Of a DNA stretch of 64,000 nt, positions 49,238 through 59,006 are shown one piece after another. A program made the translations under genes and the position numbers. Numbering within the stretch: position 1 is the stretch's first letter; each line of letters opens with the position of its first letter. The stretch comes from Salinispira sp. (GTDB taxonomy: Bacteria > Spirochaetota > Spirochaetia > DSM-27196 > Salinispiraceae), in the NCBI GenBank assembly GCA_965226555.1, contig CBDDDG010000010.1:64001-128000 (forward strand), written 5' to 3'. The notes beneath the pieces were generated by a model that saw only the letters and a list, made by a program, of their open reading frames with translations, made no database searches and was not told the DNA's origin.

Positions 49238-49353
49238 ATGCCGTTGGCAAAAATTTCACGCACCCGTTCGCGGGCAGTTTGTTCTTCTGAGGTAACACAG
49301 GAAACCCTAAGAACGAAACCGACAAATAGTACGAAGAGAAAATTGTAGCACAT
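49234..49353 (-). CDS. 39-aa small ORF or gene remnant
   Basis: GGAGG SD; MCYNFLFVLFVGFVLRVSCVTSEEQ...; ATGA overlap with the TauE-like gene. Confidence 0.4.
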   Translation of the reverse strand: MCYNFLFVLFVGFVLRVSCVTSEEQTARERVREIFANGI

Positions 49354-49459
49354 ATGCCTACCTCCGAAAAATATAAGAAATTTTTGCCTTGTAGTATGGA
49401 GTATACGAAATTTTTATCGGGGGGGGCAATGGCTTCTGTATGATTTATCGTGATGATGA

Positions 49460-50062
49460 TTAATTGATCAATGTGAAGGTGTCATCGCCCGGATCGTACT
49501 GATGGATTTCGCCGCTCTCAATGGTATAGTGCCAGCCGTGCAGTGAAAGCCTGTTCTGATCGCAGCGCTGCGCAATTGCAGGATATTCCTGAAGACGTTT
49601 GAGCTGCAGAAGAACGTTGTCCCGTTCGCATTGCTGTTCGCTTGTCGGCTCCGACCTGTTGGATTTTTCGCGGATATCTGAAGAAAGAGCAACCCAAGCT
49701 GATGCGAGGGGCAGGGAATCTGCCCCGCCCTCTCTGAGCAGCTTGCAGCCGCCGCAGTTGCTGTGTCCGCAGACAATGATGTTCTTTACTTCCAAAACCT
49801 CCACCGCGTACTCAATGGCCGAGCTGACCGCCAGAAACTCCCCCGCACGATCCCAAGGCGGTACCATGTTGGCAATGTTGCGTATAACAAAACTCTCACC
49901 GGGGCCGCTTTCGCTTATGCGGGAAGGAAGGATTCGGGAATCGGAACAGGTAATGAACAGGCAGTCCGGGCTCTGCGCTCTGGCAAGGGAGGCATAGCGC
50001 GCGCGGTTTTCAGCGTAGTATGTCGTTCTGAAATGTCTGCTGCCCTTCACAAAATCGCTCAC
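49460..50062 (-). CDS. Beta-class carbonic anhydrase
   Basis: FITCSDSR, RNIAN, IEYAV and CGHSNCGG motifs; GTG start. Confidence 0.95.
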   Translation of the reverse strand: MSDFVKGSRHFRTTYYAENRARYASLARAQSPDCLFITCSDSRILPSRISESGPGESFVIRNIANMVPPWDRAGEFLAVSSAIEYAVEVLEVKNIIVCGHSNCGGCKLLREGGADSLPLASAWVALSSDIREKSNRSEPTSEQQCERDNVLLQLKRLQEYPAIAQRCDQNRLSLHGWHYTIESGEIHQYDPGDDTFTLIN

Positions 50063-50146
50063 ATCGCCTCCGGCATTTTGCTAACACTCCCCTATGTAAT
50101 ATAACAGATAACTTTGCGCAACCCCACGAATGCAGCCTGCGGGCGC

Positions 50147-51397
50147 TTATTCTGTCGGCGGACGGGCCCCGGCCGCTAAGTCGTAGGCAAGGATTTTTTG
50201 ATCATCATAATTGCCCACCCACATTGTTGTTCCATCCGACCAGATGCCGGCGGGATCAGTATTCCCTGTAAATGTGGAGGCAGCGAATTCTTTTGACTCA
50301 TCGCGTGCCTTAGTCTCCATGTTGTAGGCATAGATTTTTTTATCAGCATTATCCAACACCCACATCGTTGTCCCGTTTGACCATATTCCGCGAGGGGCAT
50401 CATTCCCGGCAGTAGAAAGCACGGATGAAGTGAATTCTTTTGGCCTTGACCCAGATGACCCATCGCGTGCCTTGGTCTCCATGTTGTAGGCATAGATATT
50501 CACTACAAAATCCGACACCCACATTGTTGTTCCATCCGAGTATAAACCAATGGGTTTATAATTCCCGGCAGTTATAAGCGTGTTAAACTCTTTGTCCGTA
50601 TCGGGTGACTTGTCACTTATCTTGTAGGCATAGATTTTTTGCGCAAGACCAGTTGTATCGCCCACCCACATTGTTGTTCCATCCGACCAGATGCTGCTGG
50701 GGTCAGCATTCCCGGCAGCAGTGAGCGTGGTGAAATCGTCTCGGTAAACACCTGCGGCAGTATAGCCATAGGGGTTATAGAACGTGCCGGTTACTCGGTG
50801 AATGCCTTCAGCGTTAAAGCCTGCCGCGTTGTAGCCGTCTTCATCGTAGCCGTTCGGGCCGTCGTACTGTGTGCCATTGCGATGAATGCCCGCAAGGTTA
50901 AAGCCAGCCGCGTTGTAGCCGTCCTTGTCGTAACCGTACTGGTCGTATTCCGTGCCGGTGTCGCGGTGTTTGCCTTCAGCATTAAAGCCGCTCGCATCAT
51001 AGCCCCTTGTGTCATAGCCGTCTTTGTCATAACCGCCCGCATCATAGCCCCTTTTGTCATATCCGTCTGCGTCATAGCCGCCCGGATCATAACCCCTTGC
51101 GTCATATCCGTCTGCGTCATAGCCGCCCGCATCATAACCCCTTGCGTCATAGCCGTCTGCGTTATAGCCGCCCGCATCAAAACCGTTTGCGTCATAGCCG
51201 TCCGGATTGTAGCGCGTGCCGGTGTCTTGATGAATGCCGGCATCATTAAAGCCGTTCGCATCGTACATTTCACAGGCCGTGAGAATTAATATTAGGGTAA
51301 ACATGAAAAAGAGCCCTCTCAGCAGCTGCGGGCTGAGAAAGCGCTTCCTGCTTTCCTTTTGTTTATTATCAGAAATCTGCATACACATATCCTCCAT
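50147..51397 (-). CDS. Lipoprotein with GYDxx pentapeptide repeats and WSDGTTMWV propeller-like repeats
   Basis: Lipobox ILTA-C; tandem YDAxGYDxxG repeats; four WS(D/N)GTTMWV...KIYAY units. Start uncertain. Confidence 0.75.
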   Translation of the reverse strand: MEDMCMQISDNKQKESRKRFLSPQLLRGLFFMFTLILILTACEMYDANGFNDAGIHQDTGTRYNPDGYDANGFDAGGYNADGYDARGYDAGGYDADGYDARGYDPGGYDADGYDKRGYDAGGYDKDGYDTRGYDASGFNAEGKHRDTGTEYDQYGYDKDGYNAAGFNLAGIHRNGTQYDGPNGYDEDGYNAAGFNAEGIHRVTGTFYNPYGYTAAGVYRDDFTTLTAAGNADPSSIWSDGTTMWVGDTTGLAQKIYAYKISDKSPDTDKEFNTLITAGNYKPIGLYSDGTTMWVSDFVVNIYAYNMETKARDGSSGSRPKEFTSSVLSTAGNDAPRGIWSNGTTMWVLDNADKKIYAYNMETKARDESKEFAASTFTGNTDPAGIWSDGTTMWVGNYDDQKILAYDLAAGARPPTE

Positions 51398-51411
51398 ACA
51401 GAATTATAGTA

Positions 51412-51464
51412 GAAACTTTTGCATTGGGAAATTGCGCGTGCACAATTTCCAGTAGCAAAACTTT
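51412..51464. repeat. Palindromic element, long type
   Basis: Same family; further degenerate or short copies at about 51617..51647 and 51696..51720. Confidence 0.85.
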
Positions 51465-51740
51465 CTGGAACAGTTTAATCAATAATTTTACAAAGCGTCA
51501 ACTATGTAGGAGAAATTTTTTGGGAATATGGCGGGTGTCGGGCATCTGCTTCCGAAACTGGGTTCCAATGATGTTGTTGCAATGATCTGGTGAAACTGTC
51601 ATAATATCAATTCCTCATTGGAAAATTGTGCAGAGTAAAATTTTCAGCAAGTACATGTTAGTTGACAGCATTATTGTTTTTTCATACAATCTAAGAAAGT
51701 TTTGCCTGTGGCAAAATTTCTATCGTTACAATTATCTGCT

Positions 51741-51824
51741 GCGGTCGTGGTGGAATTGGTAGACACGCTAGCTTGAGGGGCTAGTGCTGGCAACAGCGTG
51801 CTGGTTCAAGTCCAGTCGACCGCA
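51741..51824 (+). tRNA. tRNA-Leu (GAG)
   Basis: Acceptor stem GCGGTCG/CGACCGC, D-arm GGAATTGGTAGAC, anticodon arm CTAGC-TTGAGGG-GCTAG, long variable arm, GGTTCAAGTCC; CCA not encoded. Confidence 0.96.
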
Positions 51825-51914
51825 GAATTCTTTTATTCCACTCTAATTTTGTCCGGCGCGTCCCGATCTCGACCGGTCTGAGAGATTTTTGTGCCCCCGC
51901 ATGGGGAGTTCTGC

Positions 51915-53168
51915 TTAACGCTCTGTCCAGCGCTCAATAATGTTCAGCATGACCTTTGATGCCCGTACCATGGAGCGTAAGCCGATCCATTCCATGGGGC
52001 CGTGAAAATTATGACCGCCGGTGAAGATGTTGGGGGTCGGGAAGCCCATTTCCGATAACCTGGCTCCATCGGTACCTCCGCGGATACTCTCCTGAAAGGG
52101 TTCAATGCCGGTTGCGCGAATGGCATCTTCAAGAATTGAGATAAGCTCAGGGTTTTCCTCAAGAAAATTCATGAGGTTGCGGTACTGTTGGTTCATGACG
52201 ATATCGACCTTTCCGCCGGGAAAGGAGAGTTCGGTTATCCGGGCAAGCTGCCTGAGATATTCAAGCCGGCGTTCCATTCCGCTGTTCTCAAAATCGCGGA
52301 CGAGAATAGCGAGCGTACACTGCTCCATGCTGCCGCCAATTTCCCGGGCAGCATAATACCCAAACCCAGCATCGGTACTCTCGGGGCTTTCACTTCGGGG
52401 AAGCATGCCCGCATACTGCGCTGCCATGCTTACCGCATTCACAAAACGGCCGCGGGCGCGGCCGGGGTGAATCATAAGCCCGGTGAAGGTGAGTTCAGCC
52501 TCGTAGGCATTGAAACAGCGCGCATTGTAGCTTCCTTCGGCTTCACCATCGAGGGTGAAACCGCAGCGCGCATGAACACGGTCGGCGGGGAAATGAAGAG
52601 TTCCCCGCGCAATCTCCTCATCCGGCGTGAATATAATTTCAACTTCGCCTCGGCGAATGTCAGGATGCTCAAGAAGATACTGAACTGCCGTCATAATTTC
52701 GGCAATGCCGGCCTTATCATCCGCCCCGAGCAAACTGCTCCCGTCTGCGGTGATGACAGTATCATCAATATGATTTTTGAGCGCGGGGTTTTCATCGGGA
52801 TCAAGGATGAGGTTTTTCCCGATGCGGATACTATCACCATTGTATTTTTCATGTACCTGCGGCCGTACATTATTGCCATTAAAGTCCGGCGCGGTGTCCA
52901 TATGAGCAAGAAACATAACAGGGGCACAGGCTGTTTCACCATTGGCAGGCAGGCGGGCAAGAATGTTACAATGCTCGGTGAGTTCAACATGGGGAACTCC
53001 CGCATTCCGTAATTCCTGTTCAAGCAGGCGGGCAAGATTCCACTGCCCTTCGGTACTGGGCGCTGCGGTACTATGCGGATCACTGGTCGTATGAATTTGT
53101 ACATAGCGCAGAAAGCGTTCGAGAATATTATTTTCAAACCATGCGCGCTCCCTGTTCACATCCTGCAT
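51915..53168 (-). CDS. pepT: Tripeptide aminopeptidase PepT
   Basis: ERFLRYV, AHMDTA, LLGADDKAG, FTPDEEI, IRGGTDG and PNIFTGGHNFH motifs. Confidence 0.96.
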   Translation of the reverse strand: MQDVNRERAWFENNILERFLRYVQIHTTSDPHSTAAPSTEGQWNLARLLEQELRNAGVPHVELTEHCNILARLPANGETACAPVMFLAHMDTAPDFNGNNVRPQVHEKYNGDSIRIGKNLILDPDENPALKNHIDDTVITADGSSLLGADDKAGIAEIMTAVQYLLEHPDIRRGEVEIIFTPDEEIARGTLHFPADRVHARCGFTLDGEAEGSYNARCFNAYEAELTFTGLMIHPGRARGRFVNAVSMAAQYAGMLPRSESPESTDAGFGYYAAREIGGSMEQCTLAILVRDFENSGMERRLEYLRQLARITELSFPGGKVDIVMNQQYRNLMNFLEENPELISILEDAIRATGIEPFQESIRGGTDGARLSEMGFPTPNIFTGGHNFHGPMEWIGLRSMVRASKVMLNIIERWTER

Positions 53169-53265
53169 GCCGCATCCTCCTCAAGAAACTTTCAGGAGAA
53201 ACTTTCCCGCAATGAAATAGTATACAGAGAGAATAGATATTGCAATATTGCCGGAAGGATAATAG

Positions 53266-53361
53266 AAACTTTTGCATTTTGCAAAAGTTTCACATTTTGA
53301 ATGACTCTATGTGCTGAGCATTCTCGCATTTTGTAGAAAGTTTTGCATTCTGCAAAACTTT
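53266..53361. repeat. Composite palindromic element (two short palindromes with conserved linker)
   Basis: AAACTTTTGCATTTTGCAAAAGTTT, linker ending GCATTCTCGCATTTTGTAG, then AAAGTTTTGCATTCTGCAAAACTTT. Confidence 0.85.
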
Positions 53362-53379
53362 GTATTACTCTATTCTCAT

Positions 53380-54588
53380 ATGATTTTTTCCATGCCCAGA
53401 CAGCCTGAGCTTATTGTCGATACCGTACTGAGCCTTCCTCTGCTGCTTTCCCGCAGGGGATTTCATGCGGTCGCCATTGTAAGCGGCGGCAGATCGGTTC
53501 GGGGACGCCGGGAATGGCCTCTTCTCGTTGATACTATGCTGAAGGAGAATCTGCGTCTTATCGATTTTACCCTGCGCGGAGAACCATCGCCGCAAACAGT
53601 CGATCATTTTTACAGAGAACTGCGGGCGGAACTTCCTGACTGTGACGCTGTTGTCGGTATTGGGGGAGGAAGTGTGCTCGATTGCGCCAAGGCTCTTGCG
53701 GCAATGGCGGGTATGGGCAGGACGGAGGAGGTCGGCTCAATTAAAGATTTTCTGGAGGGTGTGGGAACCCGTCAGGCAACAGGTGAAACCCTTCCCCTGT
53801 TTGCGGTACCGACCACTGCCGGTACCGGAAGTGAGGCAACAAAGAATGCCGTGCTCAGCGAGATCGGCCCGGGGGGATACAAGCGTTCCATCCGCCATAA
53901 TGCCTTTATTCCCCGGCTTGCCCTCCTTGACCCCGCGCTTGGCATTAGTTGCCCGCCCGAGGTTACCCGCGCAAGCGGACTCGATGCCATTACTCAGCTT
54001 ATTGAGGTATATCTTTCGGTTGATGCAAACCCCCTCAGCGATACGCTTGCGCTGGAGGGGCTCCGGCAGGCGGGGCGCAGTTTTCCGGCGCTCATTGCGG
54101 GGGGCGATGGTGCGGAACATCGGCTGAGCATGTCGCTGGCAGCCTATGTGAGCGGTGTTGGGCTTGCATCGGCGGGGCTCGGCCTTGTTCATGGAATTGC
54201 ATCGGCGCTCGGGGCGGCGCATAGTATTCCCCACGGGGTTATCTGCGGGCTTCTTCTCGCGCCCTCCATTAAAATCGGTGTGGAAAGAGCTGCTGATTCT
54301 GCAATTTCTCAGCACGATTTTTCTGTAATCCGTCAGCGCTATGCGCAGGCAGCGCAGGCACTGGGACTGAGCGGCCGAGATCATTTTGCCGGAAAAAATA
54401 CGGATGAAGAAGGCGCGGAAAAGCTTATAGAGGGCATAGGACGATGGGCTGACGGACTTCCCCGGCTGGGGAGCTTCGGTTTTGAATCCGATGAAATATC
54501 TTCCATTGCCGAAAAATCCTCTGGAAAAAAGGCGCCTGTGCAGTATACTGTGAAAGATATATGCGCTGCGCTGGAAAATTCGCTATGA
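53380..54588 (+). CDS. Iron-containing alcohol dehydrogenase
   Basis: GGGSVLDCAK, PTTAGTGSEATKNAV, GLGLVHG and PHG motifs. Confidence 0.92.
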   Translation: MIFSMPRQPELIVDTVLSLPLLLSRRGFHAVAIVSGGRSVRGRREWPLLVDTMLKENLRLIDFTLRGEPSPQTVDHFYRELRAELPDCDAVVGIGGGSVLDCAKALAAMAGMGRTEEVGSIKDFLEGVGTRQATGETLPLFAVPTTAGTGSEATKNAVLSEIGPGGYKRSIRHNAFIPRLALLDPALGISCPPEVTRASGLDAITQLIEVYLSVDANPLSDTLALEGLRQAGRSFPALIAGGDGAEHRLSMSLAAYVSGVGLASAGLGLVHGIASALGAAHSIPHGVICGLLLAPSIKIGVERAADSAISQHDFSVIRQRYAQAAQALGLSGRDHFAGKNTDEEGAEKLIEGIGRWADGLPRLGSFGFESDEISSIAEKSSGKKAPVQYTVKDICAALENSL

Positions 54589-55607
54589 CCACTATCATCC
54601 CGCCCATTCTCCCGTCCATTCTCCCGGCAATTTTGCCGCCATTTCTCGTTGTCTCTCTCAATCCCACTCTTCAAAAGACCATGGTTTTTGATAATTTCAC
54701 AACAGGCGAGGTCAACCGCGCAGTGAAGATCCGTACAGATGCCTCGGGCAAGGGGGTAAATATCACCCGGGTTCTTCATCAACTTGATCAGGATGTTCTC
54801 CACCTCACCCATGTCGGCGGGCCGGGAACGGAGCAATTTCTCTCCCTCTGCGCGCAGGATACGATCAATCTCCAGACTGTCGCGGGAGGAACAAAAATCC
54901 GCATATGCACAACAATTATTGACAGGGGCAGGAATCAGACTAGCGAACTTATTGAGCCCGGCTGCTCTGTTGAACCCTCATGTGAGCGGGAAGTCCTTGA
55001 GCGCTTTTACCGGCTTCTCCCCTCCTTCGGCACCCTCATTGTTTCAGGAAGTACCGCGCCGGGGTATCATTCCGATCTCTTTGCCAGAATGACAGCAGAT
55101 GCCCGAAGGCATAATCTCTCTGTTCTTCTTGACATTCGGGGACCGATGCTCAAAGAAGTGCTTAAGGGAAGCCGGAAAATGCTCCCCCATATTCTGAAAA
55201 TAAATCTTCAGGAACTTTCCGAAACCTTTTTTCCTGCCAATGAAGGAACATTGCCGGAGCACTCGGCGAATCCTGAAATACTCAGCGCGGCCGCCGAGGT
55301 CATGAAGACCTTGGGCAGCAGGGGAATTGTTCCGATCATTACCCGGGGAAGTATGGCGGTACTCAGCCTTTCGGAAGAGGGAAATGTATGTACGAGTGAG
55401 CCTCAAAAAATTACCGCATACAATACCATTGGCTGCGGAGACGCCTTTACCGCCGGGCTTGTTGCGGGGCTCAGCAAAAAACCGGATCTTGAACAGGCCA
55501 TACATACGGCACATGAAATTGCCGCCCGCAACGCCGCGCAATTAAAACCCGGCACAATTATTCAGAAAGAGCTTGACCAATTGGAATCTTCCGCGTATAT
55601 TCCATAA
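54585..55607 (+). CDS. 1-phosphofructokinase/tagatose-6-phosphate kinase-like PfkB carbohydrate kinase
   Basis: SLNPTLQK, ASGKGVNI.RVL, KINLQE and NTIGCGDAF motifs. Confidence 0.88.
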   Translation: MTTIIPPILPSILPAILPPFLVVSLNPTLQKTMVFDNFTTGEVNRAVKIRTDASGKGVNITRVLHQLDQDVLHLTHVGGPGTEQFLSLCAQDTINLQTVAGGTKIRICTTIIDRGRNQTSELIEPGCSVEPSCEREVLERFYRLLPSFGTLIVSGSTAPGYHSDLFARMTADARRHNLSVLLDIRGPMLKEVLKGSRKMLPHILKINLQELSETFFPANEGTLPEHSANPEILSAAAEVMKTLGSRGIVPIITRGSMAVLSLSEEGNVCTSEPQKITAYNTIGCGDAFTAGLVAGLSKKPDLEQAIHTAHEIAARNAAQLKPGTIIQKELDQLESSAYIP

Positions 55608-55626
55608 TATCCTTAAAAATAATAGA

Positions 55627-55677
55627 AAATTTGCAACTGGAAATTGTGCACGCGCAATTTTCCAATGCAAAATTTTC
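55627..55677. repeat. Palindromic element, long type, upstream of groES
   Basis: AAAATTTGCAACTGGAAATTGTGCACGCGCAATTTTCCAATGCAAAATTTT. Confidence 0.8.
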
Positions 55678-55712
55678 ACAAAAATTTTTAATACTAACTC
55701 AGGAGGACGGGT

Positions 55713-55979
55713 ATGAACATACAACCCCTTAGTGATCGGGTACTGCTTAAACCGGATACTGGCGAAGAAAAAACTTCTGGAGGCCTTTTTATCCCGCAGA
55801 CCGCACAGGAAAAAACTCAAACCGCTTCAGTTGTTGCGATAGGCGATGATACTGAAACAATTACCGTAAAAGTTGGTGATCGGGTTATGCATGACAAATA
55901 TGCAGGAACCCAGGTCAAAATTGACGGTGAGGATCATCTCATTGTGAATTTTTCCGATGTTATTGCTGTAATTAAATAA
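55713..55979 (+). CDS. groES: Co-chaperonin GroES
   Basis: IQPLSDRVL, EEKTSGGLFIP.TAQEK, VKVGDRV and KYAGT motifs. Confidence 0.97.
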   Translation: MNIQPLSDRVLLKPDTGEEKTSGGLFIPQTAQEKTQTASVVAIGDDTETITVKVGDRVMHDKYAGTQVKIDGEDHLIVNFSDVIAVIK

Positions 55980-56076
55980 CCTGCTGCGCTATTGCGCGCC
56001 GTGCTATGAGCGCTTCCATGCCTATGCGGCACACTGCGCTATTGCGCGGTGCCATTGCGCCCGATCAGACGACAGA

Positions 56077-56099
56077 CCGCCGCTTTCAGCGGCGGTTTT
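56077..56099 (+). terminator. Rho-independent terminator after groES
   Basis: ACCGCCGCT-TTC-AGCGGCGGT followed by TTT. Confidence 0.7.
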
Positions 56100-56167
56100 G
56101 TTATTTCAGGTCAATTATCCGGGGCAGATAAATTATCATCCTCAACGCGCTCGGCGAAGCAACGCGC

Positions 56168-58453
56168 TCACTGAAGAAAGAGTATATTTTCAAGTTCACT
56201 GCCAATTTTCTCTTCGTTGCCCACAACGAGGCGCGCCGGCGGCAGTGAGTTGATGAACTGCCTCCCATAGAACTTTGTAACAATTCTGCAATCGGTAATG
56301 ATCACCGCCCCCCGATCGTTCCGGCTCCGCATAAGCCGACCGAATCCTTGCTTAAGTTTCATGACAGCCTCCGGCAGGCTGAGTTCAAGGAAGGGGTTGC
56401 CGCCCCGGTTCTCCACGGCCTCAGCGCGGGCAAGGAGCACTGGTTCATTCGGTACGCGGAAGGGAAGCCGACAGATAATAAGCAGCTTGAGAGTGTCGCC
56501 CGGGGCATCAATTCCCTCCCAGAAACTGTGGGTCGCAAAGAGCACCGAGCTGCTGTCATTCCTGAACTGTTCCATGAGCCGGTCGCGGTCATCATCACCC
56601 TGACGAAAACACCTGATCTCCCTTCCTGTCAGAATCGGCCTGCAGTATTCATATACATCGCTGAGCATTTTGTGAGAGGTAAACAGTACCAGAGCATGAC
56701 CCTCGGAAACATTCAGCATGCGGATAATAAAATCCTTCAGCCACGGTACGTAATGTGAATGGGATGGATCCGGCGCATTCTCGGGCACCGCAAGAAGGTC
56801 TCTGCCGGGATAATCGAAGGGACTGTCGAGGCTGCGGAAAATTACTCTCTCGTTTTCTTCCAGTCCGATCCGCTGTTTCCAGAAATTGATGATGTGGTTG
56901 ACCGAAAGGGTCGCGCTGGTAAGAACAATTCCCGGAAAGGGATCAAACATAACCTCAGAGAGGAGCGGCCCCACTTCAATGGGCGCAGCCGTAAAACGCG
57001 CAAAACTGTCGCCCGCGACTGTCTCCCGCCGTTCAAGCCAGTACACAAGATCGGGTCGGTTGGGAAATTCCCGAAAATCGCCGCAGATTCCGGCGGCTGC
57101 CTTCACGCGCTGTATGAGAACGTGCAGTTCGGCAAGGCGGGGGTCGGCTGACAGGGGGTCGGCTGCTGTTGGGGGCGCTGCGGTACCGGACGGGACTGGG
57201 GGGGCGGCTGCTGTTGGGCGCGCGGCGGTACCGGACTGCGGGTTTTCATTATTCGGCTGCGCTGATTTTTGCTTCGTTGGAGTATCATGTTCTGAAAGAT
57301 CAACATACAGAGCATGAAGAAATTCTACGCAATTGAGCAGACTCTGTTGAAGCGTCTGCAGGCTGGAAAAGAGGGCATCTCTGAGAGGAATGGAAACAGC
57401 GCCCTGAAAATCCGGCGGCGCAGATTCAGATTCTGCTCGCAGCCGGAGCGGGCGGTTTTTTTCAAGGAAGGGTAAAATGCTGCTGTCGAGTTCCGTAGCC
57501 TGCCTGCGGATTTTCTCCAGATGTTCTTCCATGCCCGCTGCGGGCACTGCGTATTCGTTGCGAAAATGGGCAATTACGCCCTGTTCGCGTCCTCGGGTCT
57601 TTCGGAGAAGCCGGTTTGCGTACCTATAGATATGAAAACGGCTGAGTTCCTCGCTGAAGTAGGCGGTGGCTGCGCCTTCAATGTTGTGGGCCTCATCAAT
57701 AATGAGCCGCTGAAAGGGCGGAAGAATTACCGTGGAATCGAAGTCAAATCCCTCATTGCGAATTGACAGATCGGCAAATAAGAGATGATGATTAGTGATG
57801 ATTATCCGCGCCCCTGCCATATTCCTGCGCGCCTTGTTAATAAAGCAGCCATCACGGCAGCGGGAATCGGGGCAGGAATCTCTGTCGGCGTTTATTTTCG
57901 ACCAGAGAGATTCATTCGGGTTGAAACTCAGATCACTCCGGTCGCCGCTCAATGTCTCATCGGCCCACTGCCGGATGAGGTCTGTCTGCTCTTCGGCAAA
58001 CATACCCTCCTCTTCAATAAGTTCGTTGAGCCGATGACGGCAGAGGTACTGATTCCGCCCCTTGGCAAGAGCAATTTTCACATCCTTACCGCCCATATTG
58101 GCAAAGAGCGAGCGGACAAGCGGAATGTCCTTGCCGATAATCTGATGTTGGAGATTGATTGTTGCCGTTGAAATGACGACACGTTCCGCATTTTTGAGCA
58201 CCCAGGCAAAGGCCGGAATGAGATATGCCAGACTCTTGCCTACTCCGGTTCCGGCTTCGACAGCCACAATGCGGTCATCATTGAAGGCCTTCACGACCTC
58301 TTCCAGCATTTGGAGCTGGGCATCCCGGGGTTCGAAATCGGGCTTCAGACGGGAAAGCCCGCCGCCGGGCAGGAGCATATCTGCCAGAGGCTCAAGTTCA
58401 AGCTGCTGATTTTGTTTCTGATTTTCTTCAGAACGCGCGTCCGGCTCGGACAT
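56168..58453 (-). CDS. DinG/YoaA-family ATP-dependent helicase
   Basis: EAGTGVGKSLAYL, KGRNQYLC, DEAH, TSATL, SFWEGID and QGFGRLMR motifs. Confidence 0.94.
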   Translation of the reverse strand: MSEPDARSEENQKQNQQLELEPLADMLLPGGGLSRLKPDFEPRDAQLQMLEEVVKAFNDDRIVAVEAGTGVGKSLAYLIPAFAWVLKNAERVVISTATINLQHQIIGKDIPLVRSLFANMGGKDVKIALAKGRNQYLCRHRLNELIEEEGMFAEEQTDLIRQWADETLSGDRSDLSFNPNESLWSKINADRDSCPDSRCRDGCFINKARRNMAGARIIITNHHLLFADLSIRNEGFDFDSTVILPPFQRLIIDEAHNIEGAATAYFSEELSRFHIYRYANRLLRKTRGREQGVIAHFRNEYAVPAAGMEEHLEKIRRQATELDSSILPFLEKNRPLRLRAESESAPPDFQGAVSIPLRDALFSSLQTLQQSLLNCVEFLHALYVDLSEHDTPTKQKSAQPNNENPQSGTAARPTAAAPPVPSGTAAPPTAADPLSADPRLAELHVLIQRVKAAAGICGDFREFPNRPDLVYWLERRETVAGDSFARFTAAPIEVGPLLSEVMFDPFPGIVLTSATLSVNHIINFWKQRIGLEENERVIFRSLDSPFDYPGRDLLAVPENAPDPSHSHYVPWLKDFIIRMLNVSEGHALVLFTSHKMLSDVYEYCRPILTGREIRCFRQGDDDRDRLMEQFRNDSSSVLFATHSFWEGIDAPGDTLKLLIICRLPFRVPNEPVLLARAEAVENRGGNPFLELSLPEAVMKLKQGFGRLMRSRNDRGAVIITDCRIVTKFYGRQFINSLPPARLVVGNEEKIGSELENILFLQ

Positions 58454-58500
58454 CCCCTCCCCTCCTGTTCTAAAGCTGCGCTATCATTTTAGCGCCCTAT

Positions 58501-58887
58501 TCAATTCTGTTTGTATTCTCTTATATGCCGATGTATACATTGTAGAATCTTTTTCATAGGAAAATCCCATTCTCCAAACGACCCCTTTGGCATAATAAAA
58601 TCGGAACCGTCTTTCCGTAAGCGCCGCGGAACCTGCTTTTCACAGGTATATGGACTGCTAATGCCATAGGGCGGGTCAGTAAGAAGAAGCCTGCCATCAA
58701 TTTTCAGATCGCCTAAAATAATTGAAGGCTTGTCCTTTACGGATAAACTCACAGACCACAGGTCATGGTTTATTTGTTCAGGAGAAAAATGGGTAATGTG
58801 TGTACGATGCAAAGGGAAATTTTTTGATACCCATTTATTGATTTCCGCCCGAATGGTAATTTTTCGAGTATTATTCACTGGAAACAT
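58501..58887 (-). pseudogene. DNA methyltransferase remnant
   Basis: AT-rich; LLLTDPPYGIS (motif IV) ...FGEWD, but no SAM-binding FxGxG; only 128 aa. Confidence 0.65.
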
Positions 58888-59006
58888 CCTTACCCGCTAG
58901 GAGCGTATACGTATTCAGCAAACTAATCAAGCCAAGAATTTCGCTCGGGGTGGATTAAACCACTCGTTTGTGTATAATTCTCTTATACCCTTTCAGGAGC
59001 GCCCCC

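Noticed and set aside
51741..51824. tRNA-Leu as an integration site of a genomic island
   Set aside because: I found no duplicated tRNA 3' end and no integrase in the window.
4421..55677. Palindromes as CRISPR repeats or integron attC sites
   Set aside because: They are dispersed rather than regularly spaced, flank housekeeping genes, lack the GTTRRRY core, and no integrase or cas gene is present.
55713..55979. groES without adjacent groEL
   Set aside because: Separation of groES and groEL is known in spirochaetes, so it is not unusual.
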